Shown: piece by piece, positions 13,812 through 27,441 of the stretch | Position numbering within the stretch: the first letter of the stretch is position 1 | Layout: every line of letters begins with the position of its first letter | Assembly (NCBI RefSeq): GCF_006345805.1 | Contig: NC_043003.1 | Coordinates: forward strand, 92,194,001 to 92,258,000 | Origin: Octopus sinensis | Taxonomy: Eukaryota | DNA length: 64,000 nucleotides | Direction of reading: 5' to 3' | The notes under the pieces: generated by a model | Databases searched by the model: none | What the model was told of the DNA's origin: nothing | Seen by the model: the letters and a program-made list of their open reading frames with translations, nothing else | Translations under genes and position numbers: made by a program

Positions 13812-14200
13812 GAGGGCATTATACATACATGCCAGAGGGCATTATACATACATGCCACACGCTAAGAGGGACAATTAGTCATTTCTCTACCCAAATATTA
13901 CTAATCCCACCGAATGCATTTTTCAAAGTAAGACATTTAAAAATAATAGACCTGTATCACAGTGATTTCATACTTACGTATTCATCAGCAGGCCTGAATG
14001 TATCGTAAATAAACGACCCTGTCCCGCTTAAGCCGATCAGCTAACTGATCAACATCAACGAAGCACATGGGTGAGTTTACATATATTACATACTGTAAAT
14101 GGCATACTTTTACGAATTGCATTTCGGGAAAGGAAAAGTTTTTTCGGAATAAAAATTTAGCAATTAAGTAGTTTCCTTATTAAGTAGTTGTCCTTAATTG

Positions 14201-14202
<2 letters not shown>
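13812..14202 (-). mobile_element. Approx. 390-bp non-coding HHR-bearing element (Penelope LTR/retrozyme-like) inserted in (TA)n
   Basis: Unique-sequence island bounded on both sides by (TA)n. It contains the canonical HHR and has a 22-bp direct duplication at its left end. Confidence 0.55.
13949..13994 (-). ncRNA. Type I hammerhead ribozyme, canonical core
   Basis: Minus strand GGCCTG-CTGATGA-ATAC(GTAA)GTAT-GAAA-TCAC(T)GTGA-TA-CAGGTC. 6-bp stem I (one G-U), 4-bp stem II with GNRA loop, near-palindromic stem III, AUA cleavage triplet. Confidence 0.9.
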
Positions 14203-14240
<38 letters not shown>

Positions 14241-14700
14241 CACATACAGACATATACTAAATGTTCTACTATATTAGATTGTAAATCGAAAGATGCGTCT
14301 TCAATGTCACTATATATATATATACATGCTTACACATGAAATATTAGAGAAAAACCACTTCTATCGAATCAAAATGAACAATCAAATTACACCATCTTGA
14401 AAATTGCATATCATAGGAAGGTTAAATTAGAATGACAATTGGCAAGTAAGATCAAGTAAATTAAAAAAACAATATAATGTATATAACAGGTAACATATAT
14501 ACACACACACACCTATATTTATATATATACACAATATATTAAATGTTCTACTATATTATATTGTAAATCGAAAATTTGTCCTTCATATATTATTATATAT
14601 TATATATATATATATATATAATATGTATATATATTATATATACAATATATAATATATATATATATACACATGCACACACACACCACACATATATATATAT

Positions 14701-14769
<69 letters not shown>

Positions 14770-14775
14770 ATATAT

Positions 14776-14807
<32 letters not shown>

Positions 14808-15151
14808 TGTATGTATAGATAAATACACACATATGTATATGTTGAATAGAATACTCCGAACCATCCGTTGTAACATTCGTTTTTAAAGGTTAATTAAGTA
14901 TAAAATAAATTGTATTTTTATAAAATATACTGGCACACAGTTTTCAGAAGTTTGGTAATTATATTTGATTCTTACCATCATCAGCCTCATTATGTATTAT
15001 CTTTTTCCATGCTGGCACAGGGACAATTGAATAATCATAATTCTTGTTCACTCCCCCACCCACGAATATATATTTGTACCTGCATAACACACACACACAC
15101 ACATACATACATACATACATACATACATACATACATACATACATACATACA

Positions 15152-15185
<34 letters not shown>

Positions 15186-15249
15186 CGTATATACATACAC
15201 ACACACACACACATAGACATATATACATACATACGTGCATGTGCATGAG

Positions 15250-16470
15250 ATGAAAAAGAGCCGTGACCTGGTTACAACATTCTCAAAGGATATGGGATTG
15301 GAGTTTTGTCAGGATAAATGTTGCTATATGGTTGAGGAAAGAGGAAAAACTTTAAATTAAACTAGGAACATCCCCATCAATGACTTAACTGTTTCCCCTA
15401 TATCTGATGAATGTTACAGGTATCTAGGAGTGAATGAAAACATATCTTACAACGGCACCCGTAACACAACACGTGTCACTAAAGAATATTACAACCGAAT
15501 AAAGAAAATATGGACCTCAGAACTCCCTGCATTCAATGAAAGAGTGACCCACAACGTGTCTGCAGTGGTAGTACTCATGCCAACATTTGGGCTGTTTGAT
15601 TGGACGCTTGATGAGATCCGAACCATTGATGTGAAAACCCGGAAGATATTAACCAGCAAACATAATTTTCACATCAATAGTGGCATCTACCTAAGACGAA
15701 AACAAGGGAGCAGAGGCTTAACATCGGACAGATTGTCTTTGAATGTCGTATCATATCCCTTCGGCAACATCTTTTAACTACAAATTGTTGAAATGCATTC
15801 CTTGACTAAGTTTGCATACATGAGGCTGATAACATAATGAAACTTGGAAAGCAGCTCCTTGAGTGGCATTCTTTGTCTGATAACCTTAAATACATGCCTA
15901 AAGAAATCGCACAACCCTACTGCAATGTCTCATCAGATGAAAGGAAAGATGATCGTATATCAGCAGAAAACCATGCATGGATATGTTAGTAAAAAATCCG
16001 GGATGATAGTTATTTCGATCATCAAAGCAGTCTAACATGGACCAATAACCAGATTACTAAAAAGGAGTACTGGTGGAATATCCCAGTGAAGACCTCAATA
16101 AAATGTAAACATAATAGACCTGGCATAATAATTTGGGATAAAGAAGAGAAACTATACCGTTGTGGGAATCAGCTGTTAAAATAAAGCTATAGATCATCGA
16201 AAAAGAAAATACCTACGTGGAACTATTGAGGAATCTATAGCTACTCTATCTAGATTACAAATTCCGGTTTATAGCTGTAATTTTTGGGACACTGCCTAAA
16301 TACTGCCTAAATACCAATCTTGAGAAATTAGGCTTCTCAAATCCAGAAAGGATAAAGCTGATTCGAAAACTACAAAACCAAGTCGTCACTGGAACTGCAA
16401 AAATCTGTAAAACTTTTCAGAAGTTTATTATTTATGTATATGTAAGCATGTCTAGACATTCAACTATATG
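15250..16470 (+). mobile_element. Decayed Dong/R4 LINE fragment
   Basis: YRYLGV, IDVKTRKILT, YLRRKQGSRGL, HNRPGIIIWD motifs with stops and frameshifts. Confidence 0.8.
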
Positions 16471-16501
16471 CAACTATATGCATGAAAATAAAACAAAACA
16501 T

Positions 16502-16905
16502 AGGCGCAGGAGTGGCTGTGTGGTAAGTAGCTTGTTTACCGACCACATGGTTCCGGGTTCCGGGTTCAGTCCCACTGCGTGGCACCTTGGGCAAGTGTCT
16601 TCTACTATAGCCTCGGGCCGACCAAAGCCTTGTGAGTGGATTTGGTAGACGGAAACTGAAAGAAGCCTGTCGTATATATATATATATGTATGTATGTGTA
16701 TGTGTTTGTGTGTCTGTGTTTGTCCCCCTAGCATTGCTTGACAACTGATGCTGGTGTGTTTATGTCCCCGTTACTTAGCGGTTCGGCAAAACAGACCGAT
16801 AGAATAAGTACTGGGCTTACAAAAGAATAAGTCCCGGGATCGAGTTGCTCGATTAAAGGCGGTGCTCCAGCATGGCCGCAGTCAAATGATTGAAACAAGT
16901 AAAAG
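16502..16905 (+). mobile_element. tRNA-derived SINE family A (octopus-type), full length
   Basis: A-box TGGCTGTGTGG, B-box GGTTCAGTCC, internal microsatellite, tail GGCGGTGCTCCAGCATGGCCGCAGTCAAATGA..GAAAC. Other copies at about 19040-19376(-), 27850-28020(-), 28461-28855(+), 28970-29135(-), 30998-31315(+), 33362-33680(+), 34408-34790(+), 40555-40960(-), 53295-53490(-), 54610-54770(-), 56225-56690(-), 59280-59435(+). Confidence 0.92.
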
Positions 16906-17149
16906 AGAAAAGAGTATACAAATCTGCACATATATATATATATATATACATACAAAAATAGCCTGTTCAAGTTGTGAAATTCCAATGAAGAAGTCTTGGA
17001 TCTTGGTGAGAGACCGGCTCATACACTATTGGCAAGAAATCTTGAAATAAAAATGAATAATGACATACATTAGTATATAGACAAGACAGAAGTAAATAGA
17101 CACTTCATAAAACATCGTTTTATGTTTATTCTAACTTGTAAAGGCTTAT

Positions 17150-17910
17150 ATTTTTTATTAATTGACATTTTTTATGTTTCAGGTTCTATATGTGACTGTT
17201 TAATCATGCCATTCACAAAAGAAACATTGGAACTGTCCGAATTTTAAAGAGGCTGCATTGTGGGTCATTCTGAAGGTGGACATAGCGTAAAATCGTAGAA
17301 AACTTTGGGATCCCGCTTTCTACAGTTAATAAAGTCATTGTCCAATTCACCAGAGAGAGCCCAGATCAGCCAGGGCCCTCTAACAGGACCCTTCTCTTTG
17401 CTAAGGGAATTATGGAGGATAATCCTCATTGTAAGGTCTCTGACGTAGCAGAACAAGTTGAAGTCAGTCCCAGAACAGCTGTCAGGTATCTCTACAAACT
17501 TAGTTACAATGGCAGAGCAGCAAGAAGGAAGTCCCTTCTTCGACCAGCCAACATCAAGCGTAGAAAAGATTGGGCCAGTGAGATGGTGGAGAGGTTACTA
17601 GCATTTTGTGATACTGTCACATTCTCTGATGAGTCCAGATTTGCTGTATTTCTTGACAGTAGTTTAGTGTGGGTCTGGAGATTCTGTGATCAAGAATTTG
17701 ATGTGAAAAGATTGCAGCTAGCAATGAAACATGGCAGCTGGTATGGGGAGCAATTTGGAGCAATGGCTGATTAAGGATGGTGGAGTGTGATGGAAACATA
17801 AACTCCGATAAATATGTGTCCATATTGCAGAAAGGATTCTTTCCAATCTTCTCCAGTGATGAAAGACTGTTTATTTATGGAAGATGAGTCACATGGCTAA
17901 AATGACACAG
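17150..17910 (+). mobile_element. Tc1-family transposase remnant
   Basis: ARRKSLLRPANIKRRKDWA, TFSDESRF, CDGNINSDKY motifs with frameshifts. Confidence 0.85.
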
Positions 17911-19231
17911 GTCTATTTTAATTATTGGTTTCAAAAGGTCAGCAATTTCGGGGGAGATGGTAATTCGATTACATCGATCCCAATGTTCAATTGGTACTTA
18001 TTTTATCGACCTCGAAAAGGTGAACGACAAAGTTGAGCTTGGCGTAATTTGAACTCAGAACGTGAAGACGGACGAAATGCTGCTAGGCATCTTGCCCGGC
18101 GTGCTAACAATTCTACCAGTTTGCCGCCTTAGAAACCAAAACCAGGTGCTGGAATCATGCAAATTTATTCTTGACTCTAAGGTATTCGCCACCATCAAAA
18201 AGAAAATATTGATTATATTTTCACATAGATACAAATCAATTTTTGTATTGGTGTAGTTGATGGACTCTTTTGTCGTGTTCGACCGATAAGGGCTCCGCAA
18301 TTTGTAAATGCATAACCTCCATAGATGATTTGTTTTTAGTTATCAAATATTTTTTCCGTGCATTAGCTCCCCCCTGCCATTAAATTGACATTGCCTTTAT
18401 AGGTACACGGTATCCCACATGCCAGATTACGGAGTGATTGCAGAACAATATGCAATGAAGTTCAAGAACATAACACACTGTTCGCTCAGGGAATTGAAAT
18501 CAGGTTCTTATGATCGTGAGTGCAATCCCCAGATCACTAGATCATTCAAGGAAACATATGGCGCAATGGCGCAATGTTTCGTCGTTTTCGTTTTTATACG
18601 TTAGTTCAAGGAAGTTTTCCCTGCTATTTCTAGCAAGTCGGGAGACCACTTAAAGTCTTCATCTTCATTGTGTCTAGTTGGCATAATTACTAGTGTATAA
18701 CTATCGAGCCTGCAACGAAACTCAAGTTGAAGCCGATTCAATTTTAACTTAAACTCGAGAAAGACAGACTGCGTACGTGTTATAGATTTAATTTGGCGTT
18801 CCGTTATTTCTACCGACTCAACACTAACGCCATTAAGGAGCTTATTAATGTCTTTGGTATTTCCACATTTTGTTGCTTTGGTAACAAATTCTTGTAACTT
18901 CGAATATATAAGCGCTAAGAGATTTGACGGTGAATGTTATATATGTATGTATGTATATTTATATGCACACACATATATGTACGTGTGTGGATATATATAT
19001 ATATATATACATCTATATGTGTCTATGTATACTTTTTACACTTTTACTTGTTTCAGTCATTTGACTGCGGCCATGCTGGAGCACCGCCTTTAGTCGAGCA
19101 AATCGACCCCGGGTCTTATTCTTTGTAAGCCTAGTACTTATTCTATCGGTCCCTTTTGCCGAACTGCTAAGTTACGGGGACGTAAACACACCAGCATCGG
19201 TTGTCAAGCGATGTTGCGGGGACAAACACAG

Positions 19232-19264
<33 letters not shown>

Positions 19265-19449
19265 ACACACACACACACACACACATATACATATGTACGA
19301 CGGGTTTCTTTCAGTTCCCGTCTACCCAATCCATTCACAAGGCTTTGGTCGGCCCGAGGCTATAGTAGAAGACACTATATTATGATTAAGACTAGAAAAC
19401 ACGTATATGTGAATGTATATATATATATAGATGTATATATGTGCCTGTA

Positions 19450-19559
<110 letters not shown>

Positions 19560-22500
19560 ATAATATCGTAAACAAAGAATTCAAGTCAAAAGTGACGGTT
19601 TTGGTGAAGTAAGAATTGGTTAGCACTGTTGTCATTGTTATAAAGTGTTGTGCTGACGTCAACGACGATGATAATGCCATCGATGTTATTGTGTTGTTCA
19701 TAAAGAATCTTATCATAAGAAAAGAGAAAGTATATCTTGCGTCAGTCTGTGGTGCTCAGTAAATGTTTGAAGGGTCATAAGTTCGATAAAAGATTACATC
19801 TTTGAAGATTTAAATGTTATTAATGACACTCTACAATTTGAAAGCATTTGGATCCTCTTTAAGCGAGGAAATGTATGGTTCTGCGGTACAATGTTTCATT
19901 CTTTTTGTTTTTTAGACGTTATGGTATAATTTAAAGAAGATTTAGCTACTGTTTGTAGCAGGTCGAAAGACGACGTAAAGGTTTTAATTTTACGTGGTCT
20001 GTACTGTTCCCATAGAGAAACACATGTGTGACATCCGTTATGTCGGCAATGGAGGCTTCCAATTGTCTAACGTTACAATAGTTTAAATGCTTGTAGCATT
20101 TTTATTATTAATTTCTAGAAAAAGTAAAAAAAGAAAAAAATTAATGTAATTTTTCGTTATCAGTTGGGAGAAATTTCAATTGATACAAAACCACCACCAG
20201 CACCACCAGCACCACCACCAACAACAACAACAACAACAACACCAGCAGCAGTGGCAGCAGCAGCACCACCACCACCACCACCACCACCGCCGCCGCCACC
20301 ACCACCGCTATCACCATCACTCTTACTACTCCTGCTGCTCCTTCTATTACTATGTACAGCTCTGCATCCGGTTATAACATGACCCAATTAATCTCTCTCT
20401 CATCACAAGATCTATCATGCATCCATTTATCTCTAAATGTGTCGCTAAGGGTTAATTTTTATGGAGCAACACGTAGTGTCAATTGAAATGTTTAATTTTC
20501 CGCATCAAACATTATTAAGAACTCTCCACAATAATCTTTTTTACTATATGCACAATACCTGAAATATAAAGGGCGGGAGGGATTAAGTCGATTATACCGA
20601 CCCCCATGTTCAACTGGTACTTATTTCATCGACATCGAAAGGATGAAAAACAAAATGGACTTCGGTGAAATTTGAACTCGGAATGTGGAGACGAATGAAA
20701 TGTTAAGCATTTTGCATGGCATGCTAACGATTCTATCAACTCTCCGCCTCAATAATAATCCTTTCTATTATAGGCACAAGGCCTGGCCTGAAATTTTGCA
20801 TGAAGGGGTTAGTCGATTACATCGTACCTGATGCGCAACTGCTACTTCTTTCAACGAACTCGAGAGGATGAAAAGCTATGTCGACCTCGGCGGAACTCGA
20901 ACTCAGAATGTAAAGATAAACTTGTTGCCGTTAAGCACTTTGTCTGGAGTGCTCCCGATTCTGCCACACCGTCTTATCTCTCTAATATGTAATCAAAATA
21001 CCTTCTCGTGTTTAATGACACATTTGTGAAAATATGTCTTCATGGTTATTTGTTTATTTGCACTGTGCGACAATACAATACTAGTGGAGAGTAAGAACAG
21101 GAGACTAGAGACTCCTCTGTTTTCAGCATATCTTAGCTCAAGACCATGATTTAAAAAATGCACTCACCATGCAATCGAACACAGACCAATGTGTCTAGGG
21201 AAGGTTTTCTTCATCACATATCTATGTCTGTGCTGTGTTTTCAGGTATATGCTCTGGCCCTTTGTAATCCGAGTTCAAATCTCGCCAAGGCATTCCGCTT
21301 TTTATCCGTCCGAGATTGATAAAATATACAGTATTCGTGAACAAGAATCGAATGAATTACTTCTTTTTATAATGAATTGTGCAGCCCAATTAGTGTTATT
21401 ACTTATTAATATAGCAAACTACTGTACAGTTTCCGTCTACCAGATTCTACTCATAAGATACCGATTAACTTAAGGCTATGATGAAAATACAAAAACAAAA
21501 CATTTGCCGTATGTGACATCCAGTGCGATCGAACACAGAACCATGTGGTGGGGGAACGATCTTCTTTACTATACAGTTTTGCCTGAGCTAAATATGTTTT
21601 CAGGTTTATGCTGTGTCCCTGTATAATTCCGAGTTCAGATCACGCTTCTGTGTATTGCTTTTCATCCCTACGAGGTTGATATATTTTATTACAATATTTG
21701 TAAACAGGATTCGAATAAATTATTTCTTTGTATAAAATTTTGAAGCCAAGTAAATGTTGTAAACTATACACACTGCAGGTTTCTGCACAGTTTCTATGTA
21801 CTAGATTCTACTCGCAAAGTATTGGTCAACTCAAAACCCTGGCAAGAAAAAAAAAGAAAAAAAATCAAAAGGAAAAGCCTAACAAAGCAAAAACATTTGC
21901 TGCAAGTACATTGTAGTGCGATAGTCATGCGGTTGCGGAACGATCATCTTTACCACACAGCTATGCCCGAAATGAATGTGTATCGTTGTACTGATATGAA
22001 ATATGATTACTGTTAGTTGAACAGCAGTACTATGAAGTGGTAGAAATAGTGACGGATCCTGTGTTAGACTAACGATAAGCATTCAGTCGTTCAATCACCA
22101 GAATTACATATTCGTTAAATCCAATGAGCTTCCATAGAGTTTTCTTCTACCCAATCTCATTTACAAAGCTTTGGTTGCTACGAGATTATGATAAGAAATA
22201 ATTGCTTAAGATACCGCGTCATGAGATGATGGAAAAGTGTACTTTATATCATAGAATCGGCCATGTCTGCAATCATAATTAATATCAGAGTAACGGACAA
22301 AATGTCTGGCTTTACAATTTAGTTGTGTGCCTTCACAACTTCAATTTAAATCTTGTCGGACTAGACTTTTACAATTTTCATTTATCCGGCATCAATTAAA
22401 CAGTAACTGTAGATAATTCAATAAACCGGACCCCTTTACTATAGGCTGTGACCTTGTATTAATATATCATTAGTTGGACACATCTGTTTGCTTAAGTGCA

Positions 22501-23692
22501 CTATTGGTGATATACAGTTATAGTTAGAGCAGCGGCAGGTGTCGATGTAATTTACCGCTTTAACACTTATATTTTCAAAATAATGATGAATTTCGTAAAA
22601 TAACTTTGTTATTATTAAACTGGTGTCACGAACATAAATTAGCATAACATTTTGATGGAAGATTTTAAAAAAAGAAAGTTTATATCATAGAATTATGGTC
22701 GGTCACGGACAGTTTGGTGTCAAAATGGTTAAGAAGCAGCAACGCTATGGAATCGACAAGTGTTTTCCTTAGCAAGTATTCAATGCAAACTCAAATCTGG
22801 TCCCGCTACGATTATTTTCCCTGCAGATATTGGATCTGGTCATCAGCTTATTCGATCTCATGAATCAGGGGATGATAAGCAACGGTCATGAGCAGTGCCT
22901 CTCTGTTACCGACTAACATATATATATAAAAAAACCCAGAAATTTGAAATGCTGAGTTCGAGTCTATCTGCAGTAATAGTTTTATTCTTGACATTGAAGT
23001 AAACAACTCGTGACGAGCAGTAACCGAATGCTTTTGGTGTTGTATCATCAGAATAGTTTCCTGGCTCAAACACCTTATAAATGATAGGTAAATAGTTATC
23101 TATCATACGACAGGTAAATTTGAAAGTATACTTTTGCCATTATAGGTAATATCAACAAATATGGCATACATACGTTAATTATAATTTAACAATAAATATA
23201 ATTTCTTGGTGCTTATACAAAATGATGAAATGAATGCTAATTTTCAAAAGAAAAATAGTTATTACCTAAAAATAAAATTAAATAGAGTGGCTAATTATCA
23301 AACAGAAATTTGAGAAATATCAGGACCTAGCGAGACATGAGCATAAAGGTGAAAATTGTTGCTGTGGTAATTGGTGCACTCAGTACAACATCTAGAATGC
23401 TTATAACCAAGTATCACACGCCCGTCCTGGTCAGCTAAATGCTAAATTGTGGCTTTGATGTCTGTCACGTTGTGCTGCCTCCATTAGAGCTCATCGAACG
23501 ATGGAATGCCTCATTACCGGTTGTTGACGAAAACCGTCAGCAACTGCCACTTGACTAGATCGCTAATAAGTTTTTGGGCTGTGTTCAACTTCCAATAACC
23601 GAACGCATGTCTCTGTATCCCAAGTTTTTTTGTGCACATTATTAATTTGTGTCCTATGTAGCTGACCACTTTAAATTGTGAATGCTCTACAC

Positions 23693-23911
23693 CAGTGGTT
23701 TTGAACCAGGGTTCCGCGGAACCTTAGGGTTCCGCCAGTACAGTCCAGGGGTTCCGCAAGAAGTTACAAAAATGCTAAAATCGACAGTAATTTTTAATTC
23801 TCCTGTGCAGATATGTGTGCATAGGACAATTAAATTATTGCACAGGGGTTCCTCGAGCCAGTGAAATGTTTCCTTGGGGTTCCGCTCCAGCAAAAAGTTT
23901 GAAAAGCACTG
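23693..23911. mobile_element. hAT-type MITE
   Basis: CAGTG...CACTG termini, subterminal GGGTTCC repeats, perfect 8-bp TSD CTCTACAC on both sides. Confidence 0.92.
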
Positions 23912-24592
23912 CTCTACACTATCTCTAGTTGTTAGCTTAACAAACTCTCTGTCAATGTACGTTCTGAATGACTCACCGCTGGTTGCTCCGTGTCCACTGT
24001 TATACATTCCAGTCGCCACCTGAAATCCTACTGTTACCTGACAGGTATGTCTGAGTAGATTTCATAATCACTCGTACTCTTAATATAATCACCAGGCAAT
24101 ATCATCATGACACAATGTATAATACAGGTCAATTCTTTAAAAAAAAGCTGAAGTCCTAGCCCCAATCGGTTTTCATACAACTTTCTTATCTATCTATGCC
24201 GAAGGATCCACATAGTGAACTGGAACCTCGAATGTCATGATTATATTCTTATACAAACAGATAACTTGTTTCTTTACATCCATGCGCACACATTTACTTG
24301 AACATACATATACACGCATGCACACGTATACATTATACACACAGATACATCCTCATCCAATTCGTCAGTTTCAACAAGTTTCTAGTGGTATTAAATTAGA
24401 GCTACTTGCAGAAAACTTATCATCTTAATACGAAGTTCAATTTACTGCTTTTTATTGCCAACCACATTAAGCTGAAAACTTCACAGCGAAACTATATTTC
24501 CATTCCACCATTTTCGTTCCTTTTTCTTCCATTTCTTTCCATCTTGTTTGTTTAACTTTACCTACCTACCTACCTACCTACCTATCTACCTA

Positions 24593-24641
<49 letters not shown>

Positions 24642-25348
24642 ATCTATCTATCTCTTCTTTTTTCTACTTTCTAGGTTACCTTCTCAATTTCCTTCCTTTC
24701 TTTCTTTCTTTCTTTCTTTCTTTCTAGCTTTCTTCCTTCCTTCCTCCCTTCCTTCCTTCCTTCCTTCCTGCCTGCCTTTCTTTCTTTCATTCATTCTTTC
24801 TTTCTTTCTTTCTTTCTTTATTCTTTCTTTCTTTCTTTCATGCTTTCTTTTCTTTCTTCCTTCTTCCTTCTTTGTTAACTCACCAGTTCTTTACCAATCA
24901 AAGAATTGGTCAGTAAAAAGGAGGCAACTCTTTAGATACTTTCCATCATTGATCTTGAAAGAACAAATGGAAGCAAAAATGCAAAAAAAAAAAAAACAGA
25001 AAAGCAAAAAACTTTCAATGTCACACGATCTACGATTGGATAAATAGGGAAAAGTAAGAGAGAGAGGGAGAGGGAGAGTGAGGGAGAGTGGGTGTGAGAA
25101 GGAGAGTGAGGGAGAGTGGGTATGAGGAAGAGACTGAGGAAGAGAGGGTGAGAGAGGGAGCGAGGGAGACAGAATTGTGATATTCATATACGTGCATGCA
25201 TACACAAACACATACAATCACAAATGTTTTATATATAATAAACAAATATATCTATGTAATATATCTAAAAAGTGTACGTATGTACATGCGTATGTATATT
25301 TACAGACTCATGTGTGTAAATACACACACACAGACACACACACAGACA

Positions 25349-25402
<54 letters not shown>

Positions 25403-25489
25403 ATTAATAATGTCAAAGGGTAATCAGAAATATTTGAAATTTCCATTACCAGTGGCCTAGCGTGTAAAAATTTAGCCAATAGACTATAT

Positions 25490-25594
25490 ATTGTATGTAT
25501 GTATGTATGTATGTATGTATGTATGTATGTATGTATGTATGTATGTATGTATGTAGGTATGTATCACTATATCTATCTATCTATCTATCTATCT

Positions 25595-25627
<33 letters not shown>

Positions 25628-25694
25628 TATCTATCTATCCATCCATCCATCATCTACTATCTATTATTCCATCCATCCATCTATCTATCTATCT

Positions 25695-25750
<56 letters not shown>

Positions 25751-25825
25751 CCTACCTATCTATCCATCCTATCCTATCTATCTATCTATCTCCTACCTAC
25801 CTACCTATCCTACCTATCTATCATC

Positions 25826-25856
<31 letters not shown>

Positions 25857-25877
25857 CTATCTATCTATCTATCTATA

Positions 25878-25914
<37 letters not shown>

Positions 25915-26035
25915 GTCTATTTATCTATCTATCTCTATCTACCTACCTACCTATCTATCCATCCATCCATCCATCCATCCATCTAACTATCTATCTATAA
26001 TCTCTCTCTCTCTCTCTCTCTCTCTCCTCTCTCTC

Positions 26036-26120
<85 letters not shown>
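25490..26120. repeat. Compound (TATG)n/(TATC)n/(CT)n/(TA)n microsatellite
   Basis: Visible arrays. Confidence 0.97.
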
Positions 26121-26122
<2 letters not shown>

Positions 26123-26139
26123 TGTTGGCATCCTTTTGT

Positions 26140-27300
26140 CTCGGGCGACAATGGAGTGTGCGCATAAAATAATCTAGTCCGGCTTTCACATTTCATGTCC
26201 TAATACATTTCCTGCTGTGGCTGTGTAATCCTATCCTGGACAAACACTCCCTCTGGCAGGTACCGCAAATGTAGCGAAGACTTTTCCTGGCTGGTTTCTT
26301 GTTGACGTCTTTTCTTGTCTTTCCATTTCTCCTCTCTCTCTCTCTGTCACTCGTTTGTGTTCCCTCTTTTACGGTACGTCGCCAATCTCCACGCTTGCTG
26401 GCAACTGCTTTCCAGTTGCAAGCCTTCATGTCCCTTTTGCAAACATCCTTGTATCGTAAGAACGGTCTTCCCACAGACCTAGTGCCCCTAGCAAGCTCTC
26501 CGTAGAGTGTGTCCTTGGGGATTCTGCCATCTTCCATACGGCTAACATGTCCAAGCCATCTCATACGTCTTTGTGTGAGGAGTGCAAACATACTTGGTAT
26601 TCCTGCTTGCTTGAGGACACATGATTCTGCCATTTGATGCGAAGGATTTTCCGGAGGCAGCGCAGGTGAAAGATATTTAGGTGATGTATGGCGTCGTATG
26701 GCGTATGTATGGCGTCCAAGTCTCACTTCCATACAGTAGAGTACTAAGTACACATGCCTGGTAAATTTTCATTTTTGTGGTCCTGGTTAGCTTATTGTTA
26801 TCCCATGCCCGTTTGGAGAGTTGGGCCATCACAGTAGCTGCCTTGCCAATGCGTATATTGAGCTCAGCATCAAGGGATAGGTAGAGCCAAGATAGGTAAA
26901 CTTCTCCACCTCCTGTAATCTGTGGTCTCCAATATGTATGTTTGGGATGTCCGATGTAGCCTGACCCATGTTGCTGGTCTTCTTGAGGCTAATAACTTAG
27001 CCAAAGTCATTACATGCTTGCTCAAAACAGTTGATGAGCCTTTGTAGGGCTTCTTCTGTGTGTGATACCAGAGCGGCATCATCAGCAAATAGCATCTCCT
27101 TCTGATTTTGGTCTTGGCACGCCGGCGCGAGAGATTGAACAGTTTCCCGTCACTTCTACTGTGCAGAAACACTCCATCATCTGATGTCTGAAAGGCATGT
27201 GAGAGAAGCAGCGAGAAGAAGATTCCAAATAATGTAGGAGCAAGGACACAACCTTGCTTTGCCCCGTATTTTATTTGGAAGGCGGCTGATGTTGAACCAT
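26140..27300 (-). mobile_element. RTE-clade LINE 3' fragment
   Basis: KQGCVLAPTLF, LFADDAAL, RMRWLGHVSRMEDGRIPKDTLYGEL, CGTCQRECLSRIGLHSHSRKC. Confidence 0.92.
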
Positions 27301-27309
27301 TGTGTGTAT

Positions 27310-27355
<46 letters not shown>

Positions 27356-27376
27356 TTATAATATATATTATATATA

Positions 27377-27441
<65 letters not shown>

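Larger units (their letters stand above)
13548..14490 (+). repeat. Diverged approx. 150-bp direct repeats (13548-13700 and 14341-14490)
   Basis: Shared CAAAATGAACAA.CAAATTACACCATCTTGAAAATTG...AATATAATGTATATAACAGG. Confidence 0.85.

Noticed and set aside
14955-14990. CTGATGA plus a 4-bp stem on the minus strand (also about 27570-27598)
   Set aside because: No GAAA or stem III in either copy.
16502-16580. tRNA gene
   Set aside because: A and B boxes are present, but it is the head of a multi-copy SINE with no complete cloverleaf.
22803-22850. Minus-strand CTGATGA...GAAA resembling a hammerhead
   Set aside because: Stem I and stem III do not pair; probably chance or fully decayed.
25495-26167. 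MYVC/YLSI-repeat ORFs up to 222 aa, and many similar ORFs elsewhere
   Set aside because: Tetranucleotide microsatellite artefacts.
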